DNA from: Pocillopora damicornis
Lineage: Eukaryota
Length of the DNA stretch: 64,000 nucleotides
Direction of reading: 5' to 3'
NCBI RefSeq assembly: GCF_003704095.1
Contig: NW_020847378.1
Coordinates: 62,001 to 126,000 of the forward strand
Shown: positions 63,550-64,000 of the stretch, piece after piece
Position numbering within the stretch: position 1 is the first letter of the stretch
Layout: the number at the start of each line of letters is the position of its first letter
Program-made: the position numbers and the translations under genes
Notes under the pieces: generated by a model
Seen by the model: only the letters and a program-made list of their open reading frames with translations
Database searches by the model: none
Told to the model about the DNA's origin: nothing

Positions 63550-63809
63550 ATCACTTGGGTCAATTTTTGCTGGATATGTGCCACTGGTCTCTCAGGACGT
63601 CCACTCCGTAACACTGTAATCCTTGACCAATTATAGACCCCATCTTAGTCTCTTTTGAGCGAATGAAACACATTTTACGACCCCATTTTAGAAGCTGCAT
63701 AAGAAGTGCAATCCTATTACAGTCAATCCAGAAATGAAAATGCAGCTCCATCCAGCGACGCATCCATATCTTTATCAGTCTTCTTCTAGGCAACCCCCCC
63801 CCCCCCCCC
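63519..63809. repeat. MITE-like element bounded by G30 and C15 homopolymers
   Basis: G run 63519-63548 and C run 63795-63809 enclose about 245 bp of complex sequence. Confidence 0.45.
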
Positions 63810-64000
63810 TCCCGCTTTCCCTCCCTGCGGGCATCTCAGACAGTATTTATCTGTATAAGTTCAATTCTATCACCTTGCTTAAAAAGATATGTTACTTTAG
63901 CACATTTCCATGATGACGGAAATCGACCACTCACTCTCTTAGGACAGATTGATGAAATGAGGAAACGATTTGCTGAATCCTTGAGCACTGATGTTGTCCA

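Noticed and set aside
1-64000. CRISPR arrays, operons or prokaryotic defence systems
   Set aside because: The sequence is eukaryotic with spliceosomal introns, and I saw no regularly spaced direct repeats.

Overview
This is AT-rich, intron-containing animal genomic DNA, not prokaryotic. The repeat families and receptor types suggest a cnidarian, probably a stony coral (inference). I reconstructed nine protein-coding genes by hand from GT-AG splice sites with consistent phases: MVK (-, last exon runs off the window), a TMEM116-like 7TM gene (-), SIRT4 (+), ARMC5 (-), PTER (+), ZSWIM7/SWS1 (+), two convergent nicotinic acetylcholine receptor alpha-type paralogs, and RFC5 (-) lying between them. 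TMEM116, ZSWIM7 and RFC5 are largely invisible in the ORF track because their exons are short. The most interesting signal is in the non-coding DNA. It comprises a 5'-truncated Penelope-like (GIY-YIG) retroelement with two minimal hammerhead ribozyme motifs, three protein-free palindromes bearing hammerhead motifs, and a tRNA-headed element with no ribozyme. All five share one architecture: two outward-facing 3' ends, a 35-50 nt extension on one arm only, and a 10-14 bp AT-rich target-site duplication. This suggests a family of non-autonomous passengers of Penelope machinery, including a possible Penelope-mobilised tRNA SINE. Other observations are patchy gene conversion and an unusual polar 16' pore residue in the two nAChRs, a recurrent YY1/TISU-like ATGGCG motif opening micro-uORFs, and linkage of four genes whose human orthologs lie on 12q24. 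All calls come from reading the sequence by eye; no database search was run.
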